This document shows positions 34,568-44,537 of a stretch of DNA of 64,000 bases, piece after piece. The position numbers and the translations under genes are program-made. Numbering within the stretch: position 1 is the stretch's first letter; each line of letters opens with the position of its first letter. Source of the stretch: Pseudomonadota bacterium (GTDB taxonomy: Bacteria > Pseudomonadota > Alphaproteobacteria > Sphingomonadales > Sphingomonadaceae); NCBI GenBank assembly GCA_023457895.1, contig JAEXAY010000012.1, positions 2,512 through 66,511 of the forward strand, in the 5' to 3' direction. The notes under the pieces were generated by a model, which did not search any database, had not been told where the DNA came from, and saw nothing but the letters and a program-made list of their open reading frames with translations.

Positions 34568-35560
34568 CTATCTTGTCAACATCAAGTCGCGTAATTTAAT
34601 TACCAATGAAGAAATATTTTCAGAATTTAGTAATTCATCAAGGCGCGACCATTCTGGAGGCGGCTGGTTGCGGAACCAGGTATATTGGCGCTTGGCATAT
34701 TGGCGCGTGGCAAGCTGCCCGGCCGCGCGCATTTCGTCATGGCTGAGCCGTTGCCCGAGGAAGGCGGCGATTTCCGGAACTCCGATCGCGCGCATCACCG
34801 GCTGTTCGGGCGGCAGCCCGCGCGCCAGCAATGTCTCGACCTCGACGAGCGCGCCCTGTTGCAGCATCGCATCGAAGCGGACGTCGCACTGGAGCCGCAA
34901 GGCATCGCGCGGCGGCAGCAGGATCTGCGGCGTCAGGGCAATGGCATGGCCGATGCCGCCGCTGCGCTCGCGCTGCCATTCGGCCAGTGTCTTGCCGGTC
35001 GAAAGCGCCACTTCGAGCGCGCGCGCGATGCGCTGGCGATCACGCGGATTCAGGTTTTCTGCCGCAACCGCGTCGATCCGTTGCAGTTCTTCATATTGCT
35101 GTTCGGGCGGAAACATGCGCACCCGTTCGCGGATCGCCGGATCGATCGGCGGCACCGGCGCGATCCCCTCGATCAGCGTGCGCAGGTACAGGCCGGTTCC
35201 GCCGACGAGGATACTGACCGCATTTTGTGCATGCGCCGCCACTATTTCGGCCTTGGCTTCCGCCGCCCAGCGCGCCGCGTTATAAGCTTCGGCGCCATCG
35301 ACATGGCCGAACAGGCGATGCGGAATGTCGCCCATCTCGGCTTCGCTTGGCCGCGCCGAAAGGATCGCGAGGTCGCGATAGACCTGGCTCGCATCGGCGT
35401 TGATGACGACCGCGCTGGTGTCCGCAGCGTCCAGCGCATTTGCCAGCGCCACGGCCAATCCGCTCTTGCCGCTCGCGGTCGGACCCGCAATAAGCGCGAC
35501 GCGCGGGCGCTTGCCCGTTGCCACCAGCGCAGCGAAAGGATCCTCGATGTTCATTGCCAC
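34568..35560 (-). CDS. miaA: tRNA dimethylallyltransferase
   Basis: Has the P-loop [11 protein letters not shown]. The start is GTG 35560 or ATG 35554. Confidence 0.93.
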   Translation of the reverse strand: MAMNIEDPFAALVATGKRPRVALIAGPTASGKSGLAVALANALDAADTSAVVINADASQVYRDLAILSARPSEAEMGDIPHRLFGHVDGAEAYNAARWAAEAKAEIVAAHAQNAVSILVGGTGLYLRTLIEGIAPVPPIDPAIRERVRMFPPEQQYEELQRIDAVAAENLNPRDRQRIARALEVALSTGKTLAEWQRERSGGIGHAIALTPQILLPPRDALRLQCDVRFDAMLQQGALVEVETLLARGLPPEQPVMRAIGVPEIAAFLGQRLSHDEMRAAGQLATRQYAKRQYTWFRNQPPPEWSRLDELLNSENISSLVIKLRDLMLTR

Positions 35561-36425
35561 CGTGATAGCAGCATCCCCGCGTGATGCAGCCGCTTTTTAT
35601 GCGGTGGCGGAGCGTTTGCAGGCGCTGGGCTGCGCGCCGGGAACGCCCCGCTGGCTTGATGAGGGATGGGCGCTCGACATTCCGTTTGCGAACCGGCTGG
35701 AGGCAGCGCGTGCCGCATTGAAGGACGGGCCCGATGGGCTGGATGTCGCGGTGCAGGAAGAAGCAACCCGCGCTAAGAAGCTGCTCGTCGCCGACATGGA
35801 TTCGACCATGATCGAGATCGAGTGTATCGACGAACTGGCCGATTATGCCGGGATCAAGCCGCAGATCGCCGAAATAACCGAACGCGCGATGCAGGGCGAA
35901 CTGGATTTCGCCGCCGCGCTCAAGGAGCGGGTGGCACTCCTCGAAGGCTTGCCGGAAACGACCGTCGAACAATGTCTGCGCGAGAGGGTCACGCTGATGC
36001 CGGGCGCGACTACGCTGATCCGGACAATGCGCAAGCAGGGCGCTGAGTGCGTTCTGGTATCAGGCGGGTTCATGCATTTCGTGGGACCGGTGGCGGAGCG
36101 GATCGGTTTCAACAAGGGCTATGCCAACCGGCTGGAAATTGCCGATGGCAAGCTCACGGGAGCGGTCGAAGGCCCGATCGTCGACAGCAGCTTCAAGCGC
36201 AATATGCTGGAGGAATGGCTGGTGCGGCTCGATCTGCCGCGCGAAGCCAGCCTTGCGGTCGGCGACGGCGCCAACGATATCCCGATGATCGAGGCGGCCG
36301 GCACCGGCTATGCCTATCACGCCAAGCCCAAGGCGCGCGCGGCAGCGGACGTGGCGGTGAATTACGGCGATCTGACCGCGCTGCTCTATGCGCAGGGAAT
36401 TGCGCGCAAGCAGTGGGTGGACTGA
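35547..36425 (+). CDS. serB: Phosphoserine phosphatase
   Basis: Has the HAD motifs [11 protein letters not shown] (DxDxT), VSGGF and GDGANDIPM. The start ATG 35547 overlaps the miaA start region on the other strand. Confidence 0.88.
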   Translation: MFIATVIAASPRDAAAFYAVAERLQALGCAPGTPRWLDEGWALDIPFANRLEAARAALKDGPDGLDVAVQEEATRAKKLLVADMDSTMIEIECIDELADYAGIKPQIAEITERAMQGELDFAAALKERVALLEGLPETTVEQCLRERVTLMPGATTLIRTMRKQGAECVLVSGGFMHFVGPVAERIGFNKGYANRLEIADGKLTGAVEGPIVDSSFKRNMLEEWLVRLDLPREASLAVGDGANDIPMIEAAGTGYAYHAKPKARAAADVAVNYGDLTALLYAQGIARKQWVD

Positions 36426-36521
36426 CGGCTTGCGCATGACTTGCGAGGGAAGGCTGCCCCTACGCTGACCTGACGCTGCCTCTGTCTCTGGCCTCGCACC
36501 CCGCCGGTCAGACGGGACCGG

Positions 36522-39266
36522 TCACAATCCCTTGCCGCCCAGCTTGTAGGTCAGTTGCAGGAATACGCTCCTGCCGATGCTGTCGAACCAGCTGGTATTA
36601 TAATAGGGATAGCTCGACCAGGTCGGGTCCTTGACCGGCATCTTGTCGAGCAAATTCTTGACCGTCAGCGACCCGCGCATGTGATCGGTGAAATCATATT
36701 GCAGCGTCGAGTTGAACAGATAGCTGGCCTTGATCCAGCCATCCTCATCATAGTTGGGAAGCCGCCCCAGGCGGGTGCCTGAAACGGTCCAGCTGAGGCC
36801 GTCATTCTCCCAGGTAAGGCTCGCATTGCTCTTGTCGCGCGGGATGTAATAGCTGCTGTCGAACGCGAGCTTGTTGACCCAGGCATCGCCCGGATATTGC
36901 TGATATTTATGCTTCAGCGTGTGGGTGTGGCCGAGCGCCAGGGTGAAGCTGCCGATACCGGTGGGAAGCGTGCCGCGAAAGGCGAAATCGAGCCCGCTGA
37001 CGCGCTCCCTGGCGATGTTGATGGGGTTGATGCGTACCGCCTCGATCTCGCCGGCGCGGCTGCCGCTGGCAAAACGTTGGATACGCGCGATCGCATCGAG
37101 ACAGGTTGGCGATGCGGAGTTTGTCGCGCGGCATTCCGCCTCTGCGCGCGCCAGCCGGTCGACGCTGAGATCGTCGACCTGATTGGCGAGCGTCACCCGG
37201 AAATAGTCGACCGAAAAATGAAGCCGCGGCGTCGGCGAAAAGACCACTCCGGCGGTCAGCGTCCGGCCGGTTTCGGGCTTGAGCGTGCGGTTGCCGTTGC
37301 GGTTCACGACGATGCCGGTGTCGGCATAGCTGCAATCGCCGATATCCTCGTCCGGCTCCTCGACCGCGCACAGATAATAATCGTTGACGCTGCTTTCGAC
37401 ATTGCCCGGCCCGGTAAACAAGTAATGGAGATCGGGCGCGCGGAAGGCGGTGCCATAGGCCGCCCTGAACAGCAGACTGCTGACCGGGCGCAGTTCGACC
37501 CCGCCATTATAGGTGAATTTGCCGATCTTGCGGCCGGCAAAGCCGAAATGATCGTAGCGACCAGCGCCGGTCAGGCTGAGGAAATCGAGCACCGGCACGC
37601 GCACTTCTGCGCCGATGGCGGTATGGCTGCGCTTGCCCTGGCCGTCGCTGTCCTTCCAGCTGAAATAATAGTCAGTCAGCGCCAGCGGATCGGGATTGAG
37701 GTCGTAACCCTGCTTGCCATATTCGGCGACCGCAGCGAAGCCGACCGGTCCGGCGGGCAGTTGGAACAGTTCGCCATTATTGACGGTGATCTGCGCATTG
37801 CTGGTCCAGGCGACGGGGCGATACACCGTATCGGCCGCAATACCGGCATAGTCCGCCGGGGTCAGCGCCGTGTAGAGCCGCGCGGGATCGGCATTGTAGA
37901 TGGGATAGCCGCTGTCGGGATCGATGCCGAGGCGAGGGCCGAGGAAGAAATCCTGTGCCCTGCTGTTGATGATCTGCGGCCAGCGCACCACCGACTTGTA
38001 GCGGCTGTAGTTGAACGAGGCTTCGTAATTCCACGCATCGCCAATGGTGCCGCGAATGCCCGGCGTCAGGCTGAAGGTCGTCTGCTTGCTGCGCTGCATG
38101 TGGAAGCCGCCCGATTCTTCGGGCGCGAACTGGCGGCCCCAGTCTTCGATCTGACCGGTGAAGCTGTTGTAGAAATAATTGTCGCTGCTGCTCGACTGCT
38201 GTTCGAACGCCCAGCTTTGCACATCGTACATCAGCCGCACCTTGCTGATGCCGAGTTGCCCATCGAAAAACAGGGTGGTGTTGTCGGACAGCTCGTAGGA
38301 GGCGGTGAGGAAGCTGTTAAAGCCCTTGCGGCCTGAAATGATCGTGCCGTAACCGATCGATTCGGCGCTGCCGCAGAAATCGCCGTAACGCGGGCGGTTG
38401 TAGAGCGCGGTGCTGCCGCCGTTGAGGGGGGAGAGCGCTTCGCAGGCGCCAGCGGGCGGGGCGATATAATCGACATATTCGTCGGCCCGTACGAAGGTGC
38501 GCCGCGCCACGGCCGTCCGATCCGAAGGACTGTCGGCGGTGCTGTCCTGAATGCTGCGCTGGAATCCCCACAAGGGGCGCTGGTCGAGATATTCGATCCC
38601 GCCCGCGATATTGAACGGGCCGCTCGACCAGCCGCCGGTTGCGGTGATGCGGTGCGACATCCCGCCGCCATGTTCGGTGCGGCCGTGGCGGTAATCGAGC
38701 GTCACCCCGTCGAGCTTGTCCTTCATCCTGAAGTTGACGACGCCCGCGATGGCATCCGATCCATAGATTGCCGATGCTGCACCGCTCAAAATCTCCACCT
38801 TGTCGATCAGTCCTGCCGGAATGTTCGAAATATCGGTGAAATTGCTCTTGCCGATATATGGGAGCGGGAAGTCCGCGATGCGCCGCCCGTTGATAAGGAC
38901 GAGCGTATGGTTGGGGCCAAGGCCGCGCAGGTCGACCTGCTGTGCCCCGGGAGTGAAATCGGCGCTGCTGCCCGATTGCGGACTCTGGGTCGCGCCGCTG
39001 TTCTGCGTCACCGAGGCGAGGAGGTCGGGGATGCTGGTATAGCCGTTGGCGCGCATCGCATCGGCATCGATCACGGTGACGGGCGAGGGGCCTTCATCGC
39101 GGATGGTCGGAATGCGCGAGCCGGTGACGATGATCGCTTCGTCGTCCGCCGACACCGTGGCGGGCTCCTCAGTCTGCGCCTGTGCCTGCGCCGGAGCGGC
39201 AAGCGCCCCAACACTCGCCCCCAAGGCGAGAACGACATGAAATGGCCAATGCCGTGCCGTCGTCAT
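36522..39266 (-). CDS. TonB-dependent outer-membrane receptor
   Basis: 914 aa. Has a signal peptide, a TonB-box-like DEAIIVTGSR, the plug motif VEILSGAASAIYGSDAIAGVVNF and a long beta-barrel. Confidence 0.93.
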   Translation of the reverse strand: MTTARHWPFHVVLALGASVGALAAPAQAQAQTEEPATVSADDEAIIVTGSRIPTIRDEGPSPVTVIDADAMRANGYTSIPDLLASVTQNSGATQSPQSGSSADFTPGAQQVDLRGLGPNHTLVLINGRRIADFPLPYIGKSNFTDISNIPAGLIDKVEILSGAASAIYGSDAIAGVVNFRMKDKLDGVTLDYRHGRTEHGGGMSHRITATGGWSSGPFNIAGGIEYLDQRPLWGFQRSIQDSTADSPSDRTAVARRTFVRADEYVDYIAPPAGACEALSPLNGGSTALYNRPRYGDFCGSAESIGYGTIISGRKGFNSFLTASYELSDNTTLFFDGQLGISKVRLMYDVQSWAFEQQSSSSDNYFYNSFTGQIEDWGRQFAPEESGGFHMQRSKQTTFSLTPGIRGTIGDAWNYEASFNYSRYKSVVRWPQIINSRAQDFFLGPRLGIDPDSGYPIYNADPARLYTALTPADYAGIAADTVYRPVAWTSNAQITVNNGELFQLPAGPVGFAAVAEYGKQGYDLNPDPLALTDYYFSWKDSDGQGKRSHTAIGAEVRVPVLDFLSLTGAGRYDHFGFAGRKIGKFTYNGGVELRPVSSLLFRAAYGTAFRAPDLHYLFTGPGNVESSVNDYYLCAVEEPDEDIGDCSYADTGIVVNRNGNRTLKPETGRTLTAGVVFSPTPRLHFSVDYFRVTLANQVDDLSVDRLARAEAECRATNSASPTCLDAIARIQRFASGSRAGEIEAVRINPINIARERVSGLDFAFRGTLPTGIGSFTLALGHTHTLKHKYQQYPGDAWVNKLAFDSSYYIPRDKSNASLTWENDGLSWTVSGTRLGRLPNYDEDGWIKASYLFNSTLQYDFTDHMRGSLTVKNLLDKMPVKDPTWSSYPYYNTSWFDSIGRSVFLQLTYKLGGKGL

Positions 39267-39433
39267 CCGATTATCCCCTTTTTTAAAACCGCCGTTCCCC
39301 GCAAGCGCAAATAATCACGTCCTGACAAGGCGTTGGCGAATGATTATTATTTCAATCTTTTGCATTCCAAGATTATTTGATTACAAAATAAATGTAAATT
39401 GGAATGTCTCATCAGCGAGGGGGGAAGGCGGCA

Positions 39434-40471
39434 ATGCGGCGAATGAGAAAATTGGCTCTGCCGGCCTGTGCGGCGGGACTGTTGATGGCGCTCGCCGGGC
39501 TGTTGATGCCGGTGCAGCCGGTGGCAGCAAAATCGCCAGCCTACCGCCATTACGTGCAGGGCAAGCTCGATACGCCGACGCCGGGACCGGTTTCGGGCGG
39601 GCTGTTGCTGCTCGGCGGCGGCGATCGCGACCATGAGGCGATGCGGTGGTTCTTCAAAAAGGCCGGGAATGGTCATATCGTCATTCTGCGCGCCTCGCTT
39701 GCGGGGCAGATCGGCAAGGAATTCTACCGCGAGATCGGCGGCGTCCAGTCGGCGGAAACCTTTGTCTTCTTCAACCGCTCGGCGGCCTATGATCCGAAAA
39801 TTCTCGCCCGGCTGCGCAAGGCCGACGGCATCTTCGTCGCAGGCGGCGATCAGGCGCGCTATGTCCGCTACTGGAAAGGCACGCCGGTGGCCGCGATCAT
39901 CAATGCCCATGTCGCGGCGGGCAAGCCCTTTGCCGGGACCAGTGCGGGCCTCGCGATCCAGGGCGAGAAACTCTATGGCGCGATGGACGATGGCAGCATC
40001 ACGAGTGCGGAGGCGCTAGCCAACCCGTTTGGTCCGGCCAATACGATCGAGGGCGATTTCCTCGACTTTCCGTTGCTCAAAGGTATCGTCACCGACACGC
40101 ATTTCAAGGAGCGCGACCGGCTCGGACGGCTGTTCGCGTTCGTCGCCAAGGCGCAGGCGTTACGGCCAGCGGACGCGCCCGCGATGATCGGCCTCGGCGT
40201 CGACGAAAGCGCGGCGCTGGCGGTGGAGCCGGACGGCACCGGACGGATTTTCGCGACCGCGCCCGATGGCGGCGCGTGGCTGGTGCGGGGCGAGGCGCTG
40301 CGCCATGTGCCGCGGACCGGCCCGCTGGAGGTAGCGCGCGTGAAAGTTACCGGCGTCGGCACCGCCTCGCGCGTCCACCTGCCGGAGGGCCGGGTCGAGG
40401 AGCCCAAGTTCGTGCGCTATTATGGCGTGCGGTCGGGCCGTCTTGCCGAACTGCCCTGCGCTTGCGAATAA
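39434..40471 (+). CDS. Secreted peptidase S51 / cyanophycinase-like protein
   Basis: Has a signal peptide, plus GIFVAGGDQARY and GTSAGLAI (Ser nucleophile context). A GGGGGAAGG RBS precedes ATG 39434. Confidence 0.8.
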   Translation: MRRMRKLALPACAAGLLMALAGLLMPVQPVAAKSPAYRHYVQGKLDTPTPGPVSGGLLLLGGGDRDHEAMRWFFKKAGNGHIVILRASLAGQIGKEFYREIGGVQSAETFVFFNRSAAYDPKILARLRKADGIFVAGGDQARYVRYWKGTPVAAIINAHVAAGKPFAGTSAGLAIQGEKLYGAMDDGSITSAEALANPFGPANTIEGDFLDFPLLKGIVTDTHFKERDRLGRLFAFVAKAQALRPADAPAMIGLGVDESAALAVEPDGTGRIFATAPDGGAWLVRGEALRHVPRTGPLEVARVKVTGVGTASRVHLPEGRVEEPKFVRYYGVRSGRLAELPCACE

Positions 40472-40474
40472 GGG

Positions 40475-40708
40475 CTACACCCGGTCATTGAGGCCTTCGA
40501 CGCCGGCCTTTTTCGAACAATGATCGCAGCAGTAGAAAGTGCCGTCCGCCTCGAGGCCGTGGCCGATGATCCGGCAGCCGCAATGGGCGCAGGTCGGTGC
40601 GAGCGCCTGGATCGCGCATTCGAAACTGTCGAAGGTGTAAACCCCGGATGGATGGGTGATCTGGAACGCCTTGTCATAATCGTTCCCGCATGTGTGGCAT
40701 TGGGCCAT
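40475..40708 (-). CDS. Small Cys-rich zinc-ribbon/metallothionein-like protein (77 aa)
   Basis: MAQCHTCGNDYDKAF..FDSFECAIQALAPTCAHCGCRIIGHGLEADGTFYCCDHCSKKAG contains 9 Cys in CxxC-type pairs. Only the last 77 codons of the 320-aa track ORF are credible. Confidence 0.7.
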   Translation of the reverse strand: MAQCHTCGNDYDKAFQITHPSGVYTFDSFECAIQALAPTCAHCGCRIIGHGLEADGTFYCCDHCSKKAGVEGLNDRV

Positions 40709-40785
40709 GCTGTCTCTCCTGCTTGCTCTGGCGGTCAACGGCCGGGGACGGGAGAAGGTTCCTGGTCGGCGGCCCGATCGCAGGG

Positions 40786-42069
40786 CTAATCGCAGGCCTT
40801 GTGCAGCTTCCACGCGATCCATGCCGAAACGAGGCAGGCAACCGCGACCGAGAGCAGGGTGTCGGCAACGGTGAAGCCCAGCTTGGTCAGCACCATCAGC
40901 ACCAGCGCCGATGCGACCATGCAGCCCGAATTGACGACATTGTTGGCGGCAATGGTGCGGGCGGTTTCGGCCTTCGAGACGGTGGTGGTGAGAAAGGCAT
41001 AGAGCGGCACCACGAACATGCCGCCGAAAATCGAGATGCCGGCCAGATCGGCCATCACCCAGTCGCCCTTGCCGAGCGCCAGAAATTCGCGCCAGTTGAG
41101 CAGCCCGTCCTCGCCGGTTCCGGGCACATGGACCCAGTGGGTTACGGTCCACCACAGGTGGAGTACGAACAGCCCCATGACGATGACCGAGGCGGGAGCG
41201 AATTTCGCCGACACCTTGCCCTTGAGAAGCGTGTTGATGATGACCGAGCCGATCGCGACGCCGACCGAGAAGAGCGCGGTGAACATCGTCGCGACCGTGC
41301 GGTCTCCGCCCAGCGCATTTTCGACCAGCGGCGGAAACTGCGCCGCCAGCATTGCGCCGATCGCCCAGAAGAAGCTGATCGCCATGATCGCGAGGAACAG
41401 GCGGGGAATATGCATCGTCGCCGACACCTGCCGCCACGAAGCGCGCGCGATGTTCCAGTCGAGCTTCAGCGGCGGCGCATCGGGCTCGGGCGGGGCAGGG
41501 GGGATGAAGGTGCCTGCGAGCCGGCCGACGATCGCGATGCCGACCACCGCGATCGCGGCGATCTTGTAGGGGAGCAGGCCGCCCAGTATGGTGCCTGCAA
41601 GGATTGCCATATAGGTCCCGGCCTCGACCAACCCCGTCCCCGCCAGCACTTCGTCCTTGTGGAGATGCTGCGGCAAGATCGCATATTTGATCGGGCCGAA
41701 GAAGCTCGAATGCACCCCCATGGCAAACAGCGCGGCCAGCATCAGGGGGATGTTATGGAAATAAATCCCCGCACCGCCGACCAGCATGATGAAGATTTCG
41801 GCCGATTTGACAAAACGCGCGATCCGCGCCTTGTCGCTGCTGTCGGCAAGCTGCCCCGCCAGCGCAGAAAACAGGAAGAAGGGCAGGATGAACACCCCGC
41901 TCGCGACGGCGTTGAAGAAAGCGTCCTGCGAGGGATCCTTATAGATGGTGTAGGTTGCCAGCATGACCATCGCCATCTTGAACACATTGTCGTTGAAGGC
42001 GTTGAGGAACTGGGTGACGAACAAGGGCAAAAACCGGCGCTTGCCGAGCAGGCTGAGGGTCGGGGTCAT
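40786..42069 (-). CDS. MFS transporter (LplT-like)
   Basis: Has 12 predicted TM helices and the N-terminus MTPTLSLLGKRRFLPLFVTQFLNAFNDNVFK. Confidence 0.85.
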   Translation of the reverse strand: MTPTLSLLGKRRFLPLFVTQFLNAFNDNVFKMAMVMLATYTIYKDPSQDAFFNAVASGVFILPFFLFSALAGQLADSSDKARIARFVKSAEIFIMLVGGAGIYFHNIPLMLAALFAMGVHSSFFGPIKYAILPQHLHKDEVLAGTGLVEAGTYMAILAGTILGGLLPYKIAAIAVVGIAIVGRLAGTFIPPAPPEPDAPPLKLDWNIARASWRQVSATMHIPRLFLAIMAISFFWAIGAMLAAQFPPLVENALGGDRTVATMFTALFSVGVAIGSVIINTLLKGKVSAKFAPASVIVMGLFVLHLWWTVTHWVHVPGTGEDGLLNWREFLALGKGDWVMADLAGISIFGGMFVVPLYAFLTTTVSKAETARTIAANNVVNSGCMVASALVLMVLTKLGFTVADTLLSVAVACLVSAWIAWKLHKACD

Positions 42070-42181
42070 GGTGTGAGTCTGTCCTGTCTGTCCCGGTTTG
42101 AGGCCGTCTCTAGTGCGGGCGGCGGCAAGGGTCAAAATTCTTTTCTATTTGCGGGGAGCAGGTTAAGGACAGGACATCGCC

Positions 42182-42751
42182 ATGCTTACTCTGCCGAACA
42201 TCCTTACGTTGTCACGCATATTGGCGGTCCCTCTGCTCGTCGCGCTGCTGTGGTTTCCGGGCTGGGAACTGGGCTACGGGCTGGGCTTTGCGCTCTACAG
42301 CCTGATGGGAATCACCGATTATTTCGACGGTTATCTGGCGCGCGCCAAGGGAACGGTGTCGAAACTCGGCGTTTTTCTTGATCCGATCGCGGACAAGATC
42401 ATGGTCGCCGCGGTAATCGTGATGCTTGTCGGAACGCGGCATGAGCCGGCTTCGATTCAGGGTATCCACCTTATCCCGGCGCTGGTCATCCTGCTGCGCG
42501 AGATTGCTGTGTCGGGGCTTCGGGAGTTTCTTGCGGGGCTAAAGGAAACCGTATCGCTCCCGGTATCGCAACTCGCCAAGTGGAAGACCACGCTGCAGAT
42601 CATCGCCCTCGGTGCGCTGATTTTAGCGGGTGCGCTGCCGCAATGGTATTTCATCAAGGCGACCGGTGTCGTAACCCTGTGGGGGGCCGCTATCCTGACG
42701 CTCGTAACCGGATGGGATTATCTGCGCGTCGGCCTGAAGCATATGGATTAG
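42182..42751 (+). CDS. pgsA: CDP-diacylglycerol--glycerol-3-phosphate 3-phosphatidyltransferase
   Basis: Has the CDP-alcohol phosphotransferase motif DYFDGYLARAKGTVSKLGVFLDPIADK. Confidence 0.93.
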   Translation: MLTLPNILTLSRILAVPLLVALLWFPGWELGYGLGFALYSLMGITDYFDGYLARAKGTVSKLGVFLDPIADKIMVAAVIVMLVGTRHEPASIQGIHLIPALVILLREIAVSGLREFLAGLKETVSLPVSQLAKWKTTLQIIALGALILAGALPQWYFIKATGVVTLWGAAILTLVTGWDYLRVGLKHMD

Positions 42752-42785
42752 GAGGCTTCCTCAATATCCTGAAATATATAAAAAC

Positions 42786-43691
42786 TTATTTGTTGCTGTC
42801 GTCTGCCATCAGCTTTGCCAACAGCCGGAATTCTTCTTCGCGCGGGCTGTTCTTGCGCCATACAAGCGCGACCATTCGGCTGTCATGATCGGAGGTGAGC
42901 GGGCGGGTCACGATCCCGGTTCCTTCCAGAATGCCGCTTTCGACCGCCATTTCCGGTAACATGGTAACGCCGAGGCCGCCCGCGACCATCTGCACCAGCG
43001 TGTGGAGCGATGTTCCCATCATCGTCGCGCCGGCGCGCAGGTCCGGCCGGTTGCACGCGGCGAGCACGTGATCCTTGAGGCAATGCCCATCTTCAAGCAG
43101 CAGCATCTCGCTCGAATCAAGTGCGTCCGATGAGACTTCACCGGGTATTTCCCCCGCATAAGAGGGGGGATAGGCGACCAGCAACCGGTCCTCAAACAAA
43201 TTGGCATGGTCGACATCGCCGCAGGCATAGGGAAGGGCAAGGAGGACACAGTCGACCCGCCCATGATGGAGGGAGTCGCACGCCGCCGCGCTGACTTCTT
43301 CGCGCAGATAGAGTTTCAGTTCGGGGCGCTCCTTCCGCAGGCGCGGGAGCAGCGTGGGCAGGAGAAAGGGTGCGATCGTGGGGATCACGCTCATGCGCAA
43401 TTCGCCCGCCAGCGGCTTCGACGCGGCGACCGCCATATCGGCCAGTTGTTCTGCTTCGCGCAAAACCTTGTGCGCCTGTTCGACCATTCGGTCGCCGAGC
43501 GGGGTGAAGCGGACCACGCGCCGGGTGCGCTCGACCAGCATCAGCCCCAGCAGCGATTCGAGTTCGCGAATCCCGGCGGAAAGGGTTGATTGCGTCACGA
43601 AACAAGCCTCGGCAGCGCGCCCGAAATGTCCATGCTCCTTGAGCGCGGTGAGATATTGCAGCTGCTTCAATGTGGGAAGATAAGGGTGCAT
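42786..43691 (-). CDS. oxyR: LysR-family peroxide-sensing regulator OxyR
   Basis: The HTH is LKQLQYLTALKEHGHFGRAAEACFVTQSTLSAGIRELE. The redox Cys pair sits in LLLEDGHCLKDHVLAAC (C-x8-C), as in OxyR. Confidence 0.85.
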   Translation of the reverse strand: MHPYLPTLKQLQYLTALKEHGHFGRAAEACFVTQSTLSAGIRELESLLGLMLVERTRRVVRFTPLGDRMVEQAHKVLREAEQLADMAVAASKPLAGELRMSVIPTIAPFLLPTLLPRLRKERPELKLYLREEVSAAACDSLHHGRVDCVLLALPYACGDVDHANLFEDRLLVAYPPSYAGEIPGEVSSDALDSSEMLLLEDGHCLKDHVLAACNRPDLRAGATMMGTSLHTLVQMVAGGLGVTMLPEMAVESGILEGTGIVTRPLTSDHDSRMVALVWRKNSPREEEFRLLAKLMADDSNK

Positions 43692-43702
43692 GGCGCATAT
43701 TT

Positions 43703-43719
43703 AATCGATTTTTTCGATT
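43703..43719. promoter_or_regulatory. Inverted repeat AATCGA-TTTTT-TCGATT in the oxyR/cysE divergent region (candidate LysR box)
   Basis: Perfect 6-bp arms lie 12-28 nt upstream of the oxyR ATG. Assigning it as a LysR-type autoregulatory operator is inference. Confidence 0.35.
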
Positions 43720-43795
43720 GAAGCCAGAGGCGGCGTAGTAATTTGGAAAGCCCGTGCCTATACTGGCAGGAACAGATCAAGAGCGGGACGCACCG

Positions 43796-44515
43796 ATGCT
43801 GAATGACCTCATCGATTATCTGGATTCGATCAAGGCGCGCGACCCTGCACCGCGGTCGCGTTGGGAAATCCTGCTCTATCCCGGTGTGTTGGCGGTCGGC
43901 CTGCATCGCGTGGCGCATTGGCTGTTCGAAGCACGGCTGTTTTTCCTGGCGCGGCTGATCAATCATTTTTCAAGGCTGATCACCGCAATCGACATTCATC
44001 CAGGTGCGAGGATCGGCAAGCATCTGTTTATCGATCATGGTTTTACCGTGATCGGTGAAACGGCGGAAATCCATGACAATGTGACAATCTATCAGTGCGT
44101 CACTCTGGGCGGCACCAATCCAGCCAATGGTGTACCGGGAAAGCGCCACCCTACCTTGATGAATGACGTGATCGTAGGCTCTGGCGCGCAGATATTGGGG
44201 CCGATCACGGTCGGTGCCCGAGCGCGTGTGGGTGCCAACGCGGTGGTGACTCGCGAGGTGCCTGAGGGGGCGGTGATGGTCGGCATTCCGGCCAAGCCAA
44301 CACTCGTCGATGCGAGCGAATATCAGAAGGCATTCGTGCCCTACGGGACGCCGTGCAGCGAATTGTTTGATCCTGCAACGCAGAAGCTGGAAATGCTGCA
44401 ATGCCAGCTTGAAACGGCGCAGAAGCAGCTCGCGCAATTGATGACTGAACGCGATGCGGCGAAGGGCAAGGAGCAGGGAGGTTCCAAACCAGCCAAGTCG
44501 AAGCGTTCGGCCTGA
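43796..44515 (+). CDS. cysE: Serine O-acetyltransferase
   Basis: Has N-terminal SATase helices (SIKARDPAPRSRWEILLYPG) and hexapeptide repeats (IHPGARIGKHLFIDHG..). ATG 43796 is preferred over GTG 43754. Confidence 0.92.
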   Translation: MLNDLIDYLDSIKARDPAPRSRWEILLYPGVLAVGLHRVAHWLFEARLFFLARLINHFSRLITAIDIHPGARIGKHLFIDHGFTVIGETAEIHDNVTIYQCVTLGGTNPANGVPGKRHPTLMNDVIVGSGAQILGPITVGARARVGANAVVTREVPEGAVMVGIPAKPTLVDASEYQKAFVPYGTPCSELFDPATQKLEMLQCQLETAQKQLAQLMTERDAAKGKEQGGSKPAKSKRSA

Positions 44516-44537
44516 AGAAGGATGATTTTCGCCCGGC

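Noticed and set aside
40709-41437. Upstream 243 codons of the 320-aa track ORF 40475-41437
   Set aside because: This part overlaps the MFS gene in another frame and has shadow-ORF composition. Only the Cys-rich last 77 codons, which start at a good ATG, look genuine.
40690-42381. 563-aa ORF antisense to the MFS transporter gene and overlapping pgsA
   Set aside because: It is a shadow ORF with a low-complexity Arg/Asp/Gly-rich product. The opposite strand encodes a convincing 12-TM transporter.
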